From an uncultured Mycoplasmatota bacterium (GTDB lineage: Bacteria > Bacillota_I > Bacilli_A > RF39 > UBA660): a stretch of 61,685 nucleotides of DNA. Each line of letters starts with the position of its first letter. Position 1 is the stretch's first letter. Shown one piece after another: positions 9,914 through 19,396 of the stretch. The translations under genes were made by a program, and so were the position numbers. Under the pieces are notes generated by a model that worked only from the letters and a program-made list of their open reading frames with translations, did no database searches and was not told the DNA's origin. The stretch covers positions 1 to 61,685 of the forward strand of contig CAMYYH010000001.1 in the NCBI GenBank assembly GCA_947303405.1, given 5' to 3'.

Positions 9914-12900
9914 AATATCAATAAAGCATTTATGACCATTTAAATCTATCTCTTCTGTTAAACCACTAGCTTTAACAATATCTTTTGACAACGTCTCTTT
10001 TTTAATATAATCCTCATATTCTTTAATACACTTATCTACTTCTTCATTACTATCAAAGTATAGAGTAATTCTATCTACTACATTATAATCTCTACTCTTT
10101 CTAAGCTGCTGTACTTTACTAATTAATTCTCTTACTATACCTTCGTGTATTAAATCTTCAGTTAAATTAGTATTTAAGATAATAAAGTCATTACCCATAT
10201 AAGCAGCATCAAATCCTTCTTTAGCACTTATTCTTATATCTACCATATCAGGAGTAATAGACATATTTTTATCATCTATATCCATAACAATTGGATCACC
10301 ATTACGTAAAGATTTTATCGCATCATCAGTTAATGATAATAAATTAGTTTGGAAAGCCTTAATAGAAGAACCAAATAATTTACCACACACTTTGAAATTA
10401 GGTTTAACTTCAAAAGTCATATATTTCGATAAATCATCCTCAAATAATACTTCTTTAACATTTAATTCTTCTTTAATCAAATCAACAGCAGCGCCAATTA
10501 CTTTCTTACTATTACCATCTAAGATAGCCTGACTAATAGGTTGTCTAACCTTTATCTTAACTTCTTCTCTAGCATTTCTACCTAATGAAATTAAATTACG
10601 CACTAGGTCCATCTTTTCTTCTATCTTTTTATTAATATGTTTCTTGTTTACTTTAGGGAAATCAGCCATATGTACAGACTCTTCATTAGTTAATCCCCTA
10701 TACATTTCTTCACTTAAGAAAGGTACAATAGGAGCCATTAATTTACATAACCCCACTAACACTTCATAAGTAGTTTGGTATACGCTCTTCTTAGAATTAT
10801 CTAACTCACTACCCCAAAATCTATCTCTATTTCTTCTAATATACCAGTTAGATAAGTCTTCTGAAGCAAATGTAGCTAAATACTTAACCGTCTTATTTAA
10901 ATCATATTCTTCAAAAGAATTTGTAACATCCATTACCAACTTATTATATTTAGACAATAACCACTTATCTATTTCATCTAAATCTTTATAATCCACATTA
11001 AAGTTTTGACAATCTTCTTGTGATACCCCATCAATATTGGCATACATAGTAAAGAACGAATATGTATTTCTAACCGGATTAAAGAATTTTGAGAACACCT
11101 CTTTTAAACCATCTTCATCAAACTTAAGAGGAGTCCACACTGGAGACACATAAGGTAAGTAAAATCTAATCGTATCAGAACCATAATTATTAATTAATGT
11201 AAATGGTTCAATTGCATTTCCCTTAGATTTATGCATCTTTTGACCGTTTTTATCTAATAATAACTCATTAACTAGTACATTCTTATATGGCGATTTACCT
11301 GTTACAAATACTCCAATTACTATTAACGAATAGAACCATCCACGTGTTTGATCTATTCCCTCTGAAATAAAATCAGCTGGATATTGAGATTCCCATAACT
11401 CTTTATTTTCAAATGGATAATGATACTGAGCAAATGGCATTGCTCCACTATCAAACCAACAATCTATTACTTCTTCAACCCTATTCATCTTTTTACCACA
11501 CTTAGGACATTCTAGATGAATATCATCTACATATGGTCTATGTAATTCGATATCAGCTCTATCTACTCTTTCAATAGCTCTATTTGCTAGTTCCTCACGT
11601 GAACCAATCATTTCCATATGGCCACACTCACACCTCCATAATGGAAGTGGAGTTCCCCAATATCTATTTCTAGATATTGCCCAATCGTTCATATTCTCCA
11701 ACCAGTTACCAAAACGTTTTTCTCCGACAAAGGAAGGATACCAATTTACTTTTTTATTTTCTTCTATAATCTTATCTTTTAACTTAGTAACTTCTAAGTA
11801 ATAAGATGGTCTTGAATAATAAACTAATGGCGAATGACATCTCCAACAATGTGGATAATCGTGTTGCATCTTTTGTGATTTAAATAACTTATCATTTTCT
11901 TTTAACCATTTAACCACTTCTAAATCAGCATCAAAAATAAACATACCCTTCCAAGGACCATCTGTATAACATCCCGCTTCATCTACTGGATTTAAGAATG
12001 GTAAATCATATCTTCTAGATACTCTATTATCATCTTCACCAAAAGCTGGAGCTATATGAACTATACCAGTACCATCCGTCATCGTAACATATTCATCACA
12101 TATTACAAAGAAGCCTTTTTTATCAGTCTTTAAGAATGGTAATAATTGTTCATATTCCATATATTCTAAATCTTTACCTTTATAAGTATCTAATACCTTA
12201 AATTCATCACCTAGTACTTGGTTAGCTAATTCTTTAGCAAGTATAAACTTATATCCTTTAGATTCAACTTTTACATAAGTTTCTTTAGGATTAACACACA
12301 AACCAACATTAGCTATTAAGGTCCAAGGTGTAGTAGTCCATACTAGAAAATATACATCTTCATCTTTCTTTTTAAATGGTACTATTACAGTATTAGCCGT
12401 ATCTTCTTGATAACCTTGAGCTACTTCATGAGAAGCTAAGCCAGTTCCACAACGTGGACACCAAGGAACTATCTTAACTCCTTCATAGAATAATCCTTCA
12501 TCAAAGAACTTTTTTAATATCCACCACTCAGTCTCAATATAATCATTCTTATATGTTACATAAGCGCTATCTAAATTTATAAATTGTCCCATCTTCTCAG
12601 TAAGTTTTCTAAATGACACTTCATTTTCCCATACTGACTCGCGACATTTTTCATTAAACTCTTTTATTCCATACTTTTCAATATCATCTTTAGATGTAAA
12701 ACCTAATTGTTTTTCTACTTGTACCTCAACGGGTAAACCATGAGTATCCCATCCAATCTTTCTTAAAACATTATATCCTTGCATGGTTTTATACTTACAA
12801 AAAGTATCCTTCAAAAACTTAGCTACCATATGATGCAACCCAGGATTTCCATTAGCCGTAGCTGGCCCATCATAGAAAACCCATTTTTTACTCTTAAGCC

Positions 12901-13009
12901 TATTAGCAACAGTTTTATTATATATTTCTTCTGTTCCACCCCAAGAATCAATTATAGATTGTTCAACCTCAGCAACTGGATGCTTATCCAACTCTCTAAA
13001 TTTTGTCAT
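9905..13009 (-). CDS. ileS: isoleucine--tRNA ligase, long (Thermus-like / IleRS2-type) form
   Basis: 1034 aa. GPATANGNPGLHHM...GWDTHGLPVE and KMHKSKGN (KMSKS) motifs. A T-box leader with an AUC specifier lies upstream. Confidence 0.95.
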   Translation of the reverse strand: MTKFRELDKHPVAEVEQSIIDSWGGTEEIYNKTVANRLKSKKWVFYDGPATANGNPGLHHMVAKFLKDTFCKYKTMQGYNVLRKIGWDTHGLPVEVQVEKQLGFTSKDDIEKYGIKEFNEKCRESVWENEVSFRKLTEKMGQFINLDSAYVTYKNDYIETEWWILKKFFDEGLFYEGVKIVPWCPRCGTGLASHEVAQGYQEDTANTVIVPFKKKDEDVYFLVWTTTPWTLIANVGLCVNPKETYVKVESKGYKFILAKELANQVLGDEFKVLDTYKGKDLEYMEYEQLLPFLKTDKKGFFVICDEYVTMTDGTGIVHIAPAFGEDDNRVSRRYDLPFLNPVDEAGCYTDGPWKGMFIFDADLEVVKWLKENDKLFKSQKMQHDYPHCWRCHSPLVYYSRPSYYLEVTKLKDKIIEENKKVNWYPSFVGEKRFGNWLENMNDWAISRNRYWGTPLPLWRCECGHMEMIGSREELANRAIERVDRADIELHRPYVDDIHLECPKCGKKMNRVEEVIDCWFDSGAMPFAQYHYPFENKELWESQYPADFISEGIDQTRGWFYSLIVIGVFVTGKSPYKNVLVNELLLDKNGQKMHKSKGNAIEPFTLINNYGSDTIRFYLPYVSPVWTPLKFDEDGLKEVFSKFFNPVRNTYSFFTMYANIDGVSQEDCQNFNVDYKDLDEIDKWLLSKYNKLVMDVTNSFEEYDLNKTVKYLATFASEDLSNWYIRRNRDRFWGSELDNSKKSVYQTTYEVLVGLCKLMAPIVPFLSEEMYRGLTNEESVHMADFPKVNKKHINKKIEEKMDLVRNLISLGRNAREEVKIKVRQPISQAILDGNSKKVIGAAVDLIKEELNVKEVLFEDDLSKYMTFEVKPNFKVCGKLFGSSIKAFQTNLLSLTDDAIKSLRNGDPIVMDIDDKNMSITPDMVDIRISAKEGFDAAYMGNDFIILNTNLTEDLIHEGIVRELISKVQQLRKSRDYNVVDRITLYFDSNEEVDKCIKEYEDYIKKETLSKDIVKASGLTEEIDLNGHKCFIDIKR

Positions 13010-13029
13010 TTAAATCCTCCTCCAAAATA

Positions 13030-13215
13030 AAAAGTTCACAATCTAAGGGCGCATAATATACGTGGTACCACCTTAGTTTATGAACTTATTCATACACTTA
13101 ATCTCTTAACGCGAGTAACGTTTATTCTTACTATATTCAGAACAAAACATCAGAAGTGATTTACCATATTCTTTCATTTCCCAATCTCTCACCATTTGAT
13201 TAGTTCTCTTCAAAT
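13030..13215 (-). promoter_or_regulatory. T-box leader (Ile specifier) upstream of ileS
   Basis: Minus strand reads GAAGAGAAC (AGAGA box), GGTGAGA distal loop, candidate specifier AAATCAC (AUC + A), F-box-like CGTTA, and T-box core AAGGTGGTACCACG. The terminator/sequestrator helix is not cleanly resolved by eye. Confidence 0.75.
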
Positions 13216-13410
13216 TACTTAAACACAGCCGTCTTCCTCAATTGCTTTACGTGTTTAAGTATACAATTTTAATCTAAGAAAGTCAATTAAAACCTAACAA
13301 TAAGAATACATTACATACGACAGATATACCACATATAATCTTTCCATTAACATACCCTACATATTATGATAAAATAATACTCAGAATAAAACAAATAAGA
13401 AGTGATATAT

Positions 13411-15141
13411 ATGAAAGACTTTATAAAAGATCTCAAAAAAGCATGGCCTTATACTAAAAATTCCAAAAAAGAATTAACCATTTGTTTAATCACTCATATA
13501 ATAGCTATAATATTTGGGATAATAGTACCTATTATTAGTGCGAAAATAATTATTGCCCTTACATCCAATAATTACTATCAAATAATACTAATATCCATAG
13601 TTCTTTTCTTTATTGAATCAATATACGATATAATAGATTTAGCTGAAAGAACAACCATGGAAAAAATATATCGAGAATCTTTTTCTAATATTCAAATAGA
13701 CTTAGGAAAAGAAATATTAAAGCTAGAAAATCAAGCTTTAGATGATAATGGTTCAGGAGTATTTATTCAAAGAATTAATAACGATACTTCTAAATTAGCT
13801 GATATATTTAATAGTATGATTCAACATATAACAGAAATAGTAAAAAACATCGGTATCTTTATAGCGATATTTATCATTAGTAGACCATGTTTCTTTTATT
13901 TATTATTAGTTACTATAATTACCTTCTTACTAGATAAAAAAAGAACAACAATTAGAAAAGAAAATACAGAAAAAATAAAAGAAAAAGAAGAACTAGCCAC
14001 CAGTTTTGTAAATGAAATGGTAAGAGGTGCAAGAGATATAAAGATGCTTAATGCAGAAAACGGTTTTACTAACTCTTTAAAAAGAAAAATAAGAGACGCT
14101 AACGACGAAAGATATAATATGCGTAAAATAGATAGACTATGGTTATATTTCTCCTATGAAATAAGAGATTTTACCTCACTATTACTAACTATTATATTAG
14201 TAATCTTAATAATTAACAAATCTTTAAATGCAGCACTAGCCCTAGTAATATACAATTACTCTTTCAACACATCCTATGTAACCATTAGTATAAGCAACCT
14301 ACTAGATGCAATTAGCGACTTCACTGTTTCGGCAAATAGAGTATTCTCTATTATAGAAAATAAAGAGTTTAAAAAAGAAAAATTTGGTAAAACTCATATA
14401 GATGTAGTAAAGGGTGACTTTGAATTTAAAAATGTTACCTTTGCTTATAAAGAAGATACTCCTAAAGTTCTAAACAATCTTAGTTTTAAAATAAAGTCCA
14501 AACAAACCGTTGCTTTCGTAGGTAAAAGTGGTGCTGGAAAATCGACTATCTTTTCCTTACTATGTAAAATGTATAATGATTATAAAGGTACAATAACCAT
14601 AGACAATATTGATATAAATGAATTGGATAAAGATAGTATAAGAGGAAATATAACTATCATAAGCCAGGATCCTTACATATTTAACGTTAGTATTAAAGAT
14701 AATCTAAAGCTAGTCAAAGAAGATGTTACTGATGAAGAAATATATGAAGCGTGTAGACTAGCTTGCCTAGATGAGTTTATAAACAGTTTAAAAGATAAAT
14801 ATGACACAGTTGTTGGTGAAGGAGGAGTTACCCTATCTGGTGGTCAAAAACAAAGACTAGCTATAGCTAGAGCCCTAGTTCAAAAAACAGAAATAATCCT
14901 ATTTGATGAAGCAACATCTGCTTTAGATAATGAAACCCAAGAACATATCCAAAAAGCAATCGAAAACATGAAGAATAAATATACAATCCTTATAATAGCC
15001 CATCGTTTATCAACCATTATTAACTCTGATAAAATATTATTCCTTAATAATGGAAAAATAGAAGCTTCTGGTACTCACAAAGAACTATTAAAAAAGAGCA
15101 AAGAATATAAAACATTATATGAATCAGAAATAGAAAAATAA
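13411..15141 (+). CDS. ABC transporter, fused permease/ATPase (MsbA/MdlB-type exporter)
   Basis: N-terminal 6-TM domain. Walker A GKSGAGKST, signature LSGGQKQR, Walker B ILFDEATSALD. The ORF track starts at GTG 13402; the ATG at 13411 is preferred. Confidence 0.85.
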   Translation: MKDFIKDLKKAWPYTKNSKKELTICLITHIIAIIFGIIVPIISAKIIIALTSNNYYQIILISIVLFFIESIYDIIDLAERTTMEKIYRESFSNIQIDLGKEILKLENQALDDNGSGVFIQRINNDTSKLADIFNSMIQHITEIVKNIGIFIAIFIISRPCFFYLLLVTIITFLLDKKRTTIRKENTEKIKEKEELATSFVNEMVRGARDIKMLNAENGFTNSLKRKIRDANDERYNMRKIDRLWLYFSYEIRDFTSLLLTIILVILIINKSLNAALALVIYNYSFNTSYVTISISNLLDAISDFTVSANRVFSIIENKEFKKEKFGKTHIDVVKGDFEFKNVTFAYKEDTPKVLNNLSFKIKSKQTVAFVGKSGAGKSTIFSLLCKMYNDYKGTITIDNIDINELDKDSIRGNITIISQDPYIFNVSIKDNLKLVKEDVTDEEIYEACRLACLDEFINSLKDKYDTVVGEGGVTLSGGQKQRLAIARALVQKTEIILFDEATSALDNETQEHIQKAIENMKNKYTILIIAHRLSTIINSDKILFLNNGKIEASGTHKELLKKSKEYKTLYESEIEK

Positions 15142-15165
15142 AGACTCATTAGAGTCTTTATTTTT
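15140..15165. terminator. bidirectional terminator between convergent genes
   Basis: AAAGACTC-atta-GAGTCTTT hairpin followed by ATTTTT. It overlaps the stop codons of the ABC gene (+) and the 606-aa gene (-). Confidence 0.6.
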
Positions 15166-16984
15166 ATGCTAAGTAATTTACATTATATGTTTTACTATCT
15201 ACAACTTCTGTAGTACTTTGTATTTGTGAATTAGTTTCTATATCATCAATAGAGCCATTAACTGTACCAGTAATACCCATTATCTTACCATCATAGAAAT
15301 TAAACATAGTACCATCATTTACTATTCCATAAGTTTCTCCTCTTATTACAGGTGTACTAGCAATAATACTTCCATCTTTATCACCAATAGTAAGATTTCC
15401 TTCATTAGATATAGCTTGTTGATTAACACCTATAATAGTACCTCCGGTTATATTAACTGTTCCTCCAGCCATATTCTGTACTGTACCTCTACCCATAGTA
15501 GTATTACTAGGAGCACCAGTAGCAGTAGAACTTAAATAAGCATTACCAGATATTTCTACAGTACCACCATTATTATTATAAATTACCTGTCTAGTACCTG
15601 TAGAAGTAAGATTGCCTCCACTAACTTTTAAAGTAGCACCATTATTGTTATTAATTAAAGCATTTGTCGCATTAGTAGTTATATTACCACTTATTATTTC
15701 TAAAGTACCACTATTCTCAATTACTGGGAATGAGCCACTCTGTAAATTTCTTAAAGTATAACCTTGTAAATCAAATATTACGTCTTTACTTGCCGCAATA
15801 GTAACATTCTCTGAAACATCATGAACAAGTGTAATAGTAGTTTGTGTATTATTAGGTGCAGCATTTATAGCAGCTTGTAATGAGTAATACTGTGTTCCAT
15901 TTATTTCGGCTACTAAAATTTGTGACCAGTGAGCATAAAACTCAATATCAGCAGTTATAATAGTACTACTAGATATTTGATTACCATTAACCGGATCATC
16001 AAACCACCCATCAAAAGTATAGTTAGTATATGTCGGAATAGGCAAAGTTCCAACTTGCTCACCAGCTAAAACAGCCCTTGTAGTTTCACTTACTCTACCA
16101 CCATTTGGATTAAAGGTAACTATTTTACCAGCTTCCAAGAAAGCATTTTTATATGTTCCATCTACGGTATGTTGCAAACCATATCCCGTTTCTTTATCAT
16201 TAATTTTACTTTCATCATTAATCGCTGCAGTTTCTCCGCTAATAGTTCCATCATAGAACTTAAAGGTTTGAGTAGCGTATACTCCATAACTTTTACCTTG
16301 AATAGATAAAGAACTAGGATTAGGATCAGCATCTTTTATACCAATAGTAACAGATTTAGTTACTTGTAATCCATAATAATTAGTTGATACTATTGTTCCC
16401 CCTGTAATAGTCATAGTTCCATTATTATTATGAACAGCTGCTCTAACAGAAGACACCGATTTAATATAAGGATTACCTGATATTACAACTGTACCACCAT
16501 TATTATATATTGCCTGTCTATCTCCAGAATTAACTATTGATCCACCACTAATTCTAACAGTACCACCACTATAATTATTAATAACAGCATGTACTATACT
16601 AGATCCTTGTCTAATAGATCCATTGGAAATCTCTATTGTACCCCTATTTTCAAATACTGCAGCGGTAACACTTGTATTAGTAATTGTCCGATTTTGAAAA
16701 TCAAAGGCAATATTTTGCCCACTAGCTACAGATAGTCCCTCATCTACATCGGCCAATAAAGTAACTACTGTTCTAGTATTAGTCGTTGGAACCGCATCTA
16801 TCGCATCTTGTAAAGTAAAATAGTAACTACCATTTACTTCTGCAACATATGGTTGTTTCATAATATCTAAGGTTATTGTTTTAGATAAAGTTGTTGAATA
16901 CTTACTTAATATACTAGTAGATAAAAGAAAACATAATAAAAATAAACAAGGAACTATTAACCATTTAATCCTTTTTTTCATCAT
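15164..16984 (-). CDS. secreted beta-helix-type adhesin-like protein with one Listeria-Bacteroides repeat
   Basis: 606 aa with a signal peptide. Two homologous modules of about 250 aa (VAEVNGSYYFTLQDAIDA... and VAEINGTQYYSLQAAINA..., full of GGTV-I-GG type turns). They are separated by YTFDGWFDDPVNG...FYAHW. Confidence 0.6.
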   Translation of the reverse strand: MMKKRIKWLIVPCLFLLCFLLSTSILSKYSTTLSKTITLDIMKQPYVAEVNGSYYFTLQDAIDAVPTTNTRTVVTLLADVDEGLSVASGQNIAFDFQNRTITNTSVTAAVFENRGTIEISNGSIRQGSSIVHAVINNYSGGTVRISGGSIVNSGDRQAIYNNGGTVVISGNPYIKSVSSVRAAVHNNNGTMTITGGTIVSTNYYGLQVTKSVTIGIKDADPNPSSLSIQGKSYGVYATQTFKFYDGTISGETAAINDESKINDKETGYGLQHTVDGTYKNAFLEAGKIVTFNPNGGRVSETTRAVLAGEQVGTLPIPTYTNYTFDGWFDDPVNGNQISSSTIITADIEFYAHWSQILVAEINGTQYYSLQAAINAAPNNTQTTITLVHDVSENVTIAASKDVIFDLQGYTLRNLQSGSFPVIENSGTLEIISGNITTNATNALINNNNGATLKVSGGNLTSTGTRQVIYNNNGGTVEISGNAYLSSTATGAPSNTTMGRGTVQNMAGGTVNITGGTIIGVNQQAISNEGNLTIGDKDGSIIASTPVIRGETYGIVNDGTMFNFYDGKIMGITGTVNGSIDDIETNSQIQSTTEVVDSKTYNVNYLA

Positions 16985-17004
16985 TACGTCTCCTTTCTAA
17001 CACA

Positions 17005-17523
17005 TTAATCTTTTTGATCTACATTAACACTAATAGTTATTTGATTAGTTCCTCCATTATTAGTAGTTATTGGATCATTAAACACTAATATATGTGTATG
17101 AACACTATTTAAGTCGTTAACAGAGAATGAACAATTATCACAATCATTCCCACTAAAAACTATTTCATGATTTACAGGAGTCTTATATACACCACTATCA
17201 TCCAGCATTACTTCAAGTCCATCTGGAACATCAGTAAGTACAATCGAATAATTAGTAGCAACCTCAGATGTACTTGTAACTCTAACTATATAGTCAGCAG
17301 TACTAACTCCCGAAACAACCCCTAAAGTATCACTAGCATTAGCCGTCGTATCTATTGCAACATCAAATTTAGCTACACCGACACCACTAGTCCCTGTCAT
17401 ACCGGTGTAGTATTTGGCTAGAAGATAAGAATTAGAAAGCACAATAGCCAACAATAAAATACAAACTATAGCTTTTACATAATTATAACTTTTCGGTACT
17501 TCATATCTTCTCAACCCACTCAC
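17005..17523 (-). CDS. small TasA/BsaA-like secreted protein (putative minor fibre subunit)
   Basis: 172 aa with an N-terminal TM/signal. LAKYYTGMTGTSGVGVAKFDV parallels YAKYTSEIAGSDDASVAKWAW of the 18716 gene. SEVATNYSIVLT and the terminal ITISVNVDQ parallel SEVNATYAIAFT and VTATVTVTQ. The start codon is uncertain (GTG 17523 or TTG 17514). Confidence 0.45.
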   Translation of the reverse strand: MSGLRRYEVPKSYNYVKAIVCILLLAIVLSNSYLLAKYYTGMTGTSGVGVAKFDVAIDTTANASDTLGVVSGVSTADYIVRVTSTSEVATNYSIVLTDVPDGLEVMLDDSGVYKTPVNHEIVFSGNDCDNCSFSVNDLNSVHTHILVFNDPITTNNGGTNQITISVNVDQKD

Positions 17524-17539
17524 CTCTATCTAATTAATA

Positions 17540-18004
17540 TTAATCCGTCGGATATAATAAGATAAATAAGAAAAGGGTAATAGCAAAACTAATACCTAGA
17601 GGTTTAGAAAAGAACTTAATTATCTTCCCTAAATGCCTAATCTTCTTTGCATAGACACCCGTTACTTGCTTAACATCGATAGGTTCATCTTCTTTATTAT
17701 TAGCATCTCCCTTAGTTATAACCACATTCTTATCCACACTTATTACCCTATGTAATACTTCTACATCTGAGCCTTCAACTTTATATGAAACTATATCATT
17801 TACATTAACTCTTCCCTTTAATTCTCGTAATATAACAAAATCATCTATATTCAAAGTAGGTTCCATACTACCAGTTAAAACAATAGCGGTCTTAATTCCA
17901 AAAGGATAAAAACCTTTAATAATTTTTGGACTCACTACTATATATAGATAAGATAATGACATTAACAAAAACAAAACAAAGAATATCTTTTTAATTATTC
18001 TCAT
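17540..18004 (-). CDS. sipW: signal peptidase I, SipW/archaeal type (catalytic Ser and His present)
   Basis: 154 aa. N-terminal TM, VLTGSMEPTL (Ser box), VLHRVISV (His box), ITKGDANNKEDEP, and a C-terminal TM. Confidence 0.8.
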   Translation of the reverse strand: MRIIKKIFFVLFLLMSLSYLYIVVSPKIIKGFYPFGIKTAIVLTGSMEPTLNIDDFVILRELKGRVNVNDIVSYKVEGSDVEVLHRVISVDKNVVITKGDANNKEDEPIDVKQVTGVYAKKIRHLGKIIKFFSKPLGISFAITLFLFILLYPTD

Positions 18005-18009
18005 ATCAA

Positions 18010-18654
18010 CTACTTAACTCCAATCTGAATCGATAGCCCATAAGATGCAGTATTATCAAATCCTATTTCTGTATCATTACTACCATCAACCCATTTCCAA
18101 TCTAGGAAATATGGCACTTGTGATTTAGCTGGAATACTAACATTTTCAAGTTTAAAACCAGTAATCAAAGCATAATCACCATCATTACCAAGTAAATATT
18201 TACCTTTACTTCTAAGTTTATAGTTCATATTTATATTCTTTTCATTTTTTTCAATAAAACTAATATCTACAACAACATCGTAATCATTATTATTTCTAAT
18301 TACAAAAGTATAACTATTTGCTGAACCAGGAGCTATCTTACTCTCATATTCATATGCAGGATTAGAAAAAATTCTTAATTCTTTATTATCCCACACCTTG
18401 TAATTATCAAATACACTTATACCACCATCATTGTTTATATTCTTGTTGACATCATCATCTATTGGATCAATATTCTTTTGGCCGTCAATACAATCACAGT
18501 CAATTTCAAAAATGTCGACATTTCCAGTCGGCACCATTAAACCTATATTATCAATAAAACCAAATCTTCGGATAAGAAAGTACAATAAAAGCACGATAAT
18601 AATAATTAAAGTCACAATGATTATATTTCTTTTTTGTCTACTATCAGTGTTCAT
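18010..18654 (-). CDS. membrane-anchored TasA-like domain protein
   Basis: 214 aa with an N-terminal TM anchor. IAPGSANSYTFVIRNNNDYDVVVDISF and DWKWVDGSNDTEIGF...LSIQIGVK parallel LIAPGTGGSFDIDITNNSEVNATYAIAF and LWRWAFTG...DTALGF...VTVTQ of the neighbouring 18716 protein. Confidence 0.45.
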   Translation of the reverse strand: MNTDSRQKRNIIIVTLIIIIVLLLYFLIRRFGFIDNIGLMVPTGNVDIFEIDCDCIDGQKNIDPIDDDVNKNINNDGGISVFDNYKVWDNKELRIFSNPAYEYESKIAPGSANSYTFVIRNNNDYDVVVDISFIEKNEKNINMNYKLRSKGKYLLGNDGDYALITGFKLENVSIPAKSQVPYFLDWKWVDGSNDTEIGFDNTASYGLSIQIGVK

Positions 18655-18715
18655 ATTGTACTTTTCCTTTCCGTAATAATTAAACCGATAATTCTAATTC
18701 TCAAGAAATTATAAA

Positions 18716-19348
18716 TTAATCAACTTGAGTAACTGTAACGGTTGCTGTAACTTCTACATTTGGAGCAGTATTATTAGCAGCAAATCCTAAAGCTGTATCA
18801 GTAGCATCTGTTTGAGTACTAGCGTAGCTTGAACTATCTGCACCAGTAAACGCCCATCTCCACAAAACAGTTAGAGTAGTTGCAGAGTCACCCATATCAA
18901 TATTTGTTGCTGCAACATCAATATCAGATACAGTTCCTGTCCAATTGTTTCCACCATCAGTACTATATTCGATTGGAATATTATCTGAATTAGTTTCTGT
19001 AAATGCAATAGCATATGTTGCATTTACTTCTGAATTGTTAGTAATATCAATATCAAATGATCCACCAGTACCAGGAGCAATTAAATCTGTGTCAACATCA
19101 CTCTCAGTAGTAGTAGTATCAGCTTCATTGATAGTATCAAATAGACTAAAAGTATGTCCATTTGTTACATCAGCTGCTGATGTAAAATCATCTCCATTAA
19201 TATTCCATGCCCATTTAGCAACACTGGCATCATCACTTCCAGCAATCTCTGATGTATATTTAGCATAAGTACCTGCAACAAAATAACTTCCAATAGCCAC
19301 AACTGCCAATAATAACAATGTCGCAATCTTTCTATTATTCTTTTTCAT
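18716..19348 (-). CDS. TasA/CalY/BsaA-like SipW-dependent secreted protein (putative major fibre subunit)
   Basis: Start moved to MKKNNRK (AGGAGG RBS 8 nt upstream). Signal peptide ends ...VAGTYAKYTSE, resembling the SipW-cognate G-T-x-A-x-F-[TSN]-[DS] class. Thr/Asp/Asn-rich beta-type body. Lies directly downstream of a sipW-like gene. Confidence 0.6.
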   Translation of the reverse strand: MKKNNRKIATLLLLAVVAIGSYFVAGTYAKYTSEIAGSDDASVAKWAWNINGDDFTSAADVTNGHTFSLFDTINEADTTTTESDVDTDLIAPGTGGSFDIDITNNSEVNATYAIAFTETNSDNIPIEYSTDGGNNWTGTVSDIDVAATNIDMGDSATTLTVLWRWAFTGADSSSYASTQTDATDTALGFAANNTAPNVEVTATVTVTQVD

Positions 19349-19396
19349 TATCACACCTCCTTGCATAATACTTATATATATAAACATTAAGAATGT

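Noticed and set aside
12779-13030. 83-aa plus-strand ORF overlapping the 5' end of ileS
   Set aside because: It is antisense to a confidently identified gene, has a low-complexity sequence and no RBS. This kind of shadow ORF is typical of AT-rich DNA.
18945-19268. 107-aa plus-strand ORF inside the TasA-like gene. The same applies to 18431..18676, 21958..22152, 26716..26991, 27139..27336, 28432..28617, 33203..33556, 40285..40497, 41075..41266, 43214..43525, 47110..47394, 47680..47862, 49772..49996, 52393..52611, 53212..53400, 54420..54656, 58928..59125 and 60235..60594.
   Set aside because: All are antisense to long minus-strand genes with recognisable products or architecture. They encode Ile/Leu/Phe/Ser-rich low-complexity peptides and lack RBSs.
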